Part shown: piece after piece, positions 32,575-37,553 of the stretch
How the letters are laid out: every line of letters starts with the position of its first letter
Numbering within the stretch: position 1 is the first letter of the stretch
Source: Candidatus Roizmanbacteria bacterium
GTDB lineage: Bacteria; Patescibacteriota; Microgenomatia; UBA1406; GWC2-37-13
Direction: 5' to 3'
Assembly (NCBI GenBank): GCA_026395475.1
Contig: JAPLYQ010000031.1
Span: 1-37,553, forward strand
DNA: 37,553 bases
Made by a program: the position numbers and the translations under genes
The notes under the pieces: model-generated
What the model was told of the DNA's origin: nothing
Databases searched by the model: none
What the model saw: only the letters and a program-made list of their open reading frames with translations

Positions 32575-35500
32575 ATGCGAAACCTCAAAGCCCAATCTAA
32601 CTCCCTGTCACAAATTTTCCTCGGGAAAGAAGAAAACAATCTAAAGGAACTCAACTTGATTGAAATACAGAAGGAGTCTTGGGAAAAACTCCTTGATAAA
32701 GAGGTACGAGACATTCTCCAAGAATTTTTTCCAATTGAAGACTACACAGGAAAAAAATTTGCTCTTTACTTCGAAGATTTGTACTACGACAAGCCTCGCT
32801 ACACAATCGATTTATGTTTTAAGAAAAAACTTACCTACGATTTCCCAGTCTATGTAAAAGTAAGACTTGTAAACAAAAAAACAGGAACAGAAAAAAGACA
32901 AGATGTCTATTTCTTTAATCTTCCAAAAATGACTTCACGTGGCACTTTCATCATTAATGGAATTGAGCGTGCAATCATTAATCAAATCGTCAGATCTCCT
33001 GGCGCATACTTCACCGCAGAAATTGATAAAACATCCGGATTAACTCTTTATAATGCAGAGGTACGACCATATATCGGATCTTGGCTTGACTTTACCATCA
33101 GTAAAAATGGAACGATTGAGGGAAAGATTAATAAGAAAAGAAAATTCTTAGCATCTGCATTCCTTCGAGTCTTTGATAATGAAACAACAACTGAAATACT
33201 TGAACACTTTAAAGACCTTGATCAAACACTTCTTGATAAATATATTCTTCCAACATTTAAAAAGGATAAGACAAAATCAAAGGATGAGGCTGTTCTTGAA
33301 CTTTACCGAAAAATAAAGCCAGGAGAGCCACTTGTTCTTGAGAATGCCTACGAAACGCTTAACAGTCTGTTTTTTAACCATAGAAGATACTCTCTTGCAG
33401 ACGTTGGACGATATAAGATAAATAAAAAACTTGGATTGAATCAACCAATTGATAAAGATCACCATATTTTGTCCAAGGAAGATGTTATCGCTATTTTGAA
33501 ATATCTCGTACAACTTACACTAGACAAGGGCTCATTTGATGATATTGATCATTTGGGAAATCGAAGATTAAAGACTGTCGGAGAATTAGTTGGCACATAC
33601 GGAATTCGTGTTGGAATGGTACGCACAGAAAAAGAGATTAAAGAAAGAATGAGTTTAGTGCCATCTGATACGTTCCCAACTCCATCCCAGATAATCAATT
33701 CAAAGCCAATTATTATGGCAATTAATTCGTTCTATCGAACGAATCAGTTGTCTACAATAGTTGACCAGACCAATCCTCTTTCAGAAGTGGACAATTTACG
33801 AAGAATCACAGTTGGAGGACCAGGTGGAATTGAGAAAGAAAGAGCATCATTCTCTATCCGAGATATTGCCGCATCTCAATATGGACGTATTTGTCCAATT
33901 AGATCTCCAGAAGGACCTAACATTGGTGTTGTAACTTACATGGCAATGTTTAGCAAGATCAACAAATTTGGATTCTTGGAAACACCATATAAAAAGATTG
34001 AAAAAGTAACAACAGGTGGAAAAACAAAAGTTATTTCTGCACAACAAGTAGTTGGTATTTCTGCTTCTCTTATTCCTTTCTTGCAAAATGATGATGCTTC
34101 AAGAGCACTCATGGGTACACACATGCAATGTCAGGCAGTCCCACTTATTAAACCATCTGCCCCATTTGTCGGCACTGGTACAGAAGAAAAAATTGCACAA
34201 GCATTAGGAAGAACTGTTCTTGCAGAAGAAGATTCAACAGTTGAATATGTCGATGCAAAACGAGTACTTCTTAAAGGAAAAAGTGGCAAAAAATATGACT
34301 ACGAACTTGAGCGTTTCATGAGAACAAACAAAGACGTTATTTTTGATCAGAAGCCACGTGTTGAACTTGGTGAAAAGATTAAAAAAGGTTCAGTTGTTAT
34401 TGATGGTCCTGCAACCAACGATGGAAAACTTGCTCTCGGACAAAATCTTGTTGTTGCTTATACATCATTTAACGGACTTGGATACGAAGACGGATTTGTA
34501 ATCTCAGAACGCGTAGTAAAAGAAGATCTTCTTACTTCTATCACAAGTGAAGAATTTATCGCAGATCTTATCGATACAAAACTTGGTCCTGAAGAATTAA
34601 CTCGAGATATTCCAAATGTCCGAGAAGAAGTCTTAGGAAATCTTGATAAAGAAGGACTTGTTGTTATCGGTACAAAAATGAAAAGTGGAGATATTCTTGT
34701 TGGAAAAGTTGCTCCAAAAGGTGAAAAAGAATTAACTGCAGAAGAACGATTGCTTCGTGCAATCTTCGGAGAAAAAGCAAAAGATGTAAAAGACACTTCC
34801 CTTCGTATGCCATACGGTAAACAAGGTGTTGTGGTCAATGTTGAAACAATCGATAGTAAAAAAGATCCAAACGAATTGGAACCAAGTGTTATTAAAAGAA
34901 TAATAGTTAATACAGCAGAACTTCGAAAAATAACAATCGGAGATAAGCTTGCAGGACGACATGGTAACAAAGGTGTTATCTCACGAATTCTTCCAGAATG
35001 GGACATGCCTTATCTTGCCGATGGAACACCAGTTGATGTTATTATCTCCCCTCTTTCCATTCTTGCTCGTATGAATTTGGGTCAGTTGTTTGAAACATTG
35101 CTTGGATTTATTGCTCAATCAAATAATTGGAGAATAGTTGCTCCAGTTTTTGAAAAAATTGAAGAAAAATTCATCACAGAAGAATTGGTAAAACTTGGTA
35201 TTCCATCAGACGGAAAAGTAACTCTATATGATGGAAAAACAGGAAAGAAATTCGATAGAACAGTACTTGTTGGCACCGGATATATTCTCAAACTTATTCA
35301 CATGGTTGAGGATAAATTCCATGCCCGATCTGTTGGACCATACTCACTTGTTTCTCAACAGCCTCTTGGAGGAAAGTCACAAATGGGAGGACAACGTTTC
35401 GGAGAAATGGAAGTCTGGGCACTTGAGTCACATCGAGTTCCAGCAACTTTACAAGAAATGCTTACCATTAAATCTGATGATGTGCGAGGAAGAACGAAGG

Positions 35501-35616
35501 CATTTGAATCGATCATTAAGGGAATTGAAATTCCACAATCAAATGTTCCAGAATCATTCCACGTACTTTTGAAAGAATTGAACGCATTGGGATTATCAAT
35601 TGATTACATCAAATAA
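32575..35616 (+). CDS. rpoB: DNA-directed RNA polymerase subunit beta (compact form)
   Basis: Motifs present: FIINGIERAIINQIVRSPG, DDIDHLGNRRLKTVGEL, PEGPNIG, LIPFLQNDDASRALMG, GRHGNKGVIS and GGQRFGEMEVWALE. I prefer the ATG at 32575 over the TTG at 32557 used by the ORF track. Confidence 0.95.
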   Translation: MRNLKAQSNSLSQIFLGKEENNLKELNLIEIQKESWEKLLDKEVRDILQEFFPIEDYTGKKFALYFEDLYYDKPRYTIDLCFKKKLTYDFPVYVKVRLVNKKTGTEKRQDVYFFNLPKMTSRGTFIINGIERAIINQIVRSPGAYFTAEIDKTSGLTLYNAEVRPYIGSWLDFTISKNGTIEGKINKKRKFLASAFLRVFDNETTTEILEHFKDLDQTLLDKYILPTFKKDKTKSKDEAVLELYRKIKPGEPLVLENAYETLNSLFFNHRRYSLADVGRYKINKKLGLNQPIDKDHHILSKEDVIAILKYLVQLTLDKGSFDDIDHLGNRRLKTVGELVGTYGIRVGMVRTEKEIKERMSLVPSDTFPTPSQIINSKPIIMAINSFYRTNQLSTIVDQTNPLSEVDNLRRITVGGPGGIEKERASFSIRDIAASQYGRICPIRSPEGPNIGVVTYMAMFSKINKFGFLETPYKKIEKVTTGGKTKVISAQQVVGISASLIPFLQNDDASRALMGTHMQCQAVPLIKPSAPFVGTGTEEKIAQALGRTVLAEEDSTVEYVDAKRVLLKGKSGKKYDYELERFMRTNKDVIFDQKPRVELGEKIKKGSVVIDGPATNDGKLALGQNLVVAYTSFNGLGYEDGFVISERVVKEDLLTSITSEEFIADLIDTKLGPEELTRDIPNVREEVLGNLDKEGLVVIGTKMKSGDILVGKVAPKGEKELTAEERLLRAIFGEKAKDVKDTSLRMPYGKQGVVVNVETIDSKKDPNELEPSVIKRIIVNTAELRKITIGDKLAGRHGNKGVISRILPEWDMPYLADGTPVDVIISPLSILARMNLGQLFETLLGFIAQSNNWRIVAPVFEKIEEKFITEELVKLGIPSDGKVTLYDGKTGKKFDRTVLVGTGYILKLIHMVEDKFHARSVGPYSLVSQQPLGGKSQMGGQRFGEMEVWALESHRVPATLQEMLTIKSDDVRGRTKAFESIIKGIEIPQSNVPESFHVLLKELNALGLSIDYIK

Positions 35617-35619
35617 CCT

Positions 35620-37553
35620 ATGGAGGAAGAATTTGTATTGGATTTCTCAGGCCTAAAGATCCGTCTTGCATCCCCAGAAGATATCTTAAAATGGTCCAAG
35701 GGAGAAGTCACTAAACCAGAAACGATTAACTATCGTACATTTCGTGCAGAAAAAGACGGGTTATTTGATGAACGCATCTTTGGTCCTACTAAAGATTTTG
35801 AGTGTTACTGTGGAAAATATAAACGAATTCGCTATAAGGGAATTATTTGTGATAGATGTGGAGTTGAAGTAACAACCTCTGCTGTTCGACGTGAACGCAT
35901 GGGTCATATAAAACTCGCAACACCTATTTCACATATTTGGTATTTTAAAGGCGCATCTACTCCTTTAAGTATTGTTCTTGATGTTCCTCCACAAGCCTTA
36001 GAAAAGATTATTTATTATGCTTTGTATTTGGTTACTGGCATCGATAAAGAATTACAAAAAAAGACAGTACATGAACTTGATGGAATGGCAAAAGAAGAAA
36101 TAAAGAAATTAGATGAAGAATATGAAGTAAAGAAAACAGATTTAAAGAAATCATTTATTCAACAAAAAGAGGTTGTTGTAAAAAAGATTACTAATAAAGA
36201 GCAAAAAGAACTTGCAACTCAAGAAATTGATTTGCGAGAAAGAGAAAAATTTAGACTGCTTTCAGACAAATATATCGAGGACAAAGCAAAAAGAACTGCA
36301 TTCCTTGATCGTGTTGTCAAAACAGTAAAAGCTTTAAAGGTAAACGACACATTGGAAGAAGAAGATTATCTATTCCTGAGAGAAAAAGATATTGAAGCAT
36401 TTGTCACGGTTGGAATGGGAAGTGAAGTAGTATATGACCTTCTCTCCACAACAGACTTCAAGAAAAAATATGAAGAAGCAGTAGAAGAACTTGAAAAAGC
36501 AAAGGGTGAAAGAAGAAATAAATTATTGAAGAAAGTTCGTATCTTAGAATCATTCCTTAAAGGAAATGTACAACCAGCATGGATGGTATTAACAGTACTT
36601 CCTGTTATTCCTCCAGATTTGCGCCCTGTTGTCCAACTTCCAGGTGGAAAGTTTGCGACTTCAGATTTGAACGACTTTTATCGAAGAGTCATTAATAGAA
36701 ACAATCGCTTAAAACAGTTAATTGATTTGGGTGCTCCAGAAATCATTCTCAGAAATGAAAAGAGAATGTTACAAGAAGCAGTCGATTCATTACTTGATTT
36801 ACAAAAATCTAGAGGAAGAGCGCGCACACAAGGCGTAGCATCAAAAGTCCAGAAATCACTTTCTGATATTTTGAGAGGAAAACAAGGACGATTTAGACAG
36901 AACCTTCTTGGAAAACGTGTTGATTATTCAGGACGTTCTACAATTGCAGTAGGTCCAGAACTTAAAATCAATCAATGTGGTATCCCAAGAGAAATGGCTA
37001 TCGAACTTTTCAAGCCTCATCTTCTTCATGAAATCATTGTTCGAGGACTTGCACCAAATATTAAAAGTGCAAAGAATTTCCTTGAACTTAGAGAACCAGT
37101 TGTATACGATATCTTGGAAGAAATAACGAAAGATCATCCAGTACTCTTAAACCGTGCACCAACATTACACAAATTGTCAGTGCTTGGTTTCTATCCAGTA
37201 CTTACTGATTCTTATGTTATTAAGCTTCATCCAGCGGTCTGTGCAGGATATAATGCAGACTTTGATGGAGATGCTATGGGAGTCTTTGTTCCTCTTTCCA
37301 CAACAGCAATCAATGAAGTTAAAAGTAGAATGATGGCACATCAAAATCTTTTGAAACAATCTGATGGTACTCCAATTGCTCTTCCTATCAAGGAAATGGC
37401 TTTGGGTATTTACTATCTCACAACACTTGATGCTCATGCAAATCAGCCAGATGAAGAGCTTGCGATATTTTCAAGTGAAAATGAAGCAATCAGTGCATAT
37501 CATATTGGAAAAGTAACCTTAAGAAAACCAGTAATGGTAAGTATCGAGGGCAA
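35620..37553 (+). CDS. rpoC: DNA-directed RNA polymerase subunit beta' (5' part; runs off the right edge)
   Basis: ATG at 35620 gives MEEEFVLDFSGLKIRLASPEDILKWSKGEVTKPETINYRTFRAEKDGLFDERIFGP. Zn-finger CYCGKYKRIRYKGIICDRCGVEV. Catalytic NADFDGD at 37252-37272. The frame is open to the window end. Confidence 0.95.
   Translation, partial: MEEEFVLDFSGLKIRLASPEDILKWSKGEVTKPETINYRTFRAEKDGLFDERIFGPTKDFECYCGKYKRIRYKGIICDRCGVEVTTSAVRRERMGHIKLATPISHIWYFKGASTPLSIVLDVPPQALEKIIYYALYLVTGIDKELQKKTVHELDGMAKEEIKKLDEEYEVKKTDLKKSFIQQKEVVVKKITNKEQKELATQEIDLREREKFRLLSDKYIEDKAKRTAFLDRVVKTVKALKVNDTLEEEDYLFLREKDIEAFVTVGMGSEVVYDLLSTTDFKKKYEEAVEELEKAKGERRNKLLKKVRILESFLKGNVQPAWMVLTVLPVIPPDLRPVVQLPGGKFATSDLNDFYRRVINRNNRLKQLIDLGAPEIILRNEKRMLQEAVDSLLDLQKSRGRARTQGVASKVQKSLSDILRGKQGRFRQNLLGKRVDYSGRSTIAVGPELKINQCGIPREMAIELFKPHLLHEIIVRGLAPNIKSAKNFLELREPVVYDILEEITKDHPVLLNRAPTLHKLSVLGFYPVLTDSYVIKLHPAVCAGYNADFDGDAMGVFVPLSTTAINEVKSRMMAHQNLLKQSDGTPIALPIKEMALGIYYLTTLDAHANQPDEELAIFSSENEAISAYHIGKVTLRKPVMVSIEG

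Noticed and set aside
34458-35006. 182-aa minus-strand ORF inside rpoB. The same applies to other antisense or overlapping ORFs: 32020-32463(-), 24977-25291(-), 12164-12538(-), 13326-13679(-), 6440-6775(-), 16242-16703(+), 17853-18293(+), 19933-20313(+) and 35228-35572(+).
   Set aside because: All lie within or opposite ORFs that have strong family signatures. Their translations are low-complexity or S/R/C-rich with no motifs, which is typical of shadow ORFs in AT-rich DNA.
1-37553. Alternative genetic code (UGA as a sense codon), which might be expected for some CPR lineages
   Set aside because: TGA terminates several well-defined genes at ATGA-coupled junctions (12541-12544, 16873-16876, 26138-26141, 30018-30021). 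RF2 is also encoded.
1-37553. Mobile elements, integrases, transposases, tRNA/rRNA genes, CRISPR-Cas, restriction-modification or toxin-antitoxin defence modules
   Set aside because: No ORF shows transposase, integrase, nuclease or Cas hallmarks. The few spacers (1-212, 19050-19232, 21702-21772, 24630-24745, 28266-28379, 32475-32574) contain nothing tRNA-like. The small XRE gene has no adjacent toxin-like partner; the next gene is a membrane-anchored exported protein.

Overview
This is an AT-rich (about one-third G+C by eye), almost fully coding bacterial window. It uses the standard genetic code: TGA ends several ORFs and a release factor 2 gene is present. The protein repertoire and extreme gene packing look like a small-genome, CPR/Patescibacteria-type organism. 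That placement is inference only and no search was run.

The left half (nt 1-19049) is one large envelope-glycosylation island:
- nine polytopic GT-C-like membrane proteins;
- four GT2 genes, one GT4 gene and one Wzx-type flippase;
- two of these genes are interrupted at homopolymer runs.

The right half is mostly housekeeping and envelope genes:
- prfB and a PilM-like/LytR_C fusion protein;
- dnaG-rpoD and a small XRE regulator;
- ftsE-ftsX followed by a coiled-coil cysteine-peptidase protein;
- a double lamin-tail-domain surface protein, then VanZ-like and CAP/YkwD-like proteins;
- an RmlA-like nucleotidyltransferase and a DUF948/YtxH-like pair;
- rpoB and the 5' two-thirds of rpoC.

I found no rRNA, tRNA, CRISPR array, transposase or integrase.

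The most interesting items are:
- the GT-C-rich glycosylation island itself;
- the two homopolymer-split glycosylation genes;
- a symmetric 6+6 heptamer repeat array in the prfB-downstream spacer;
- an FtsEX-associated coiled-coil peptidase;
- an RpoB that appears to lack the 'external 1' domain.
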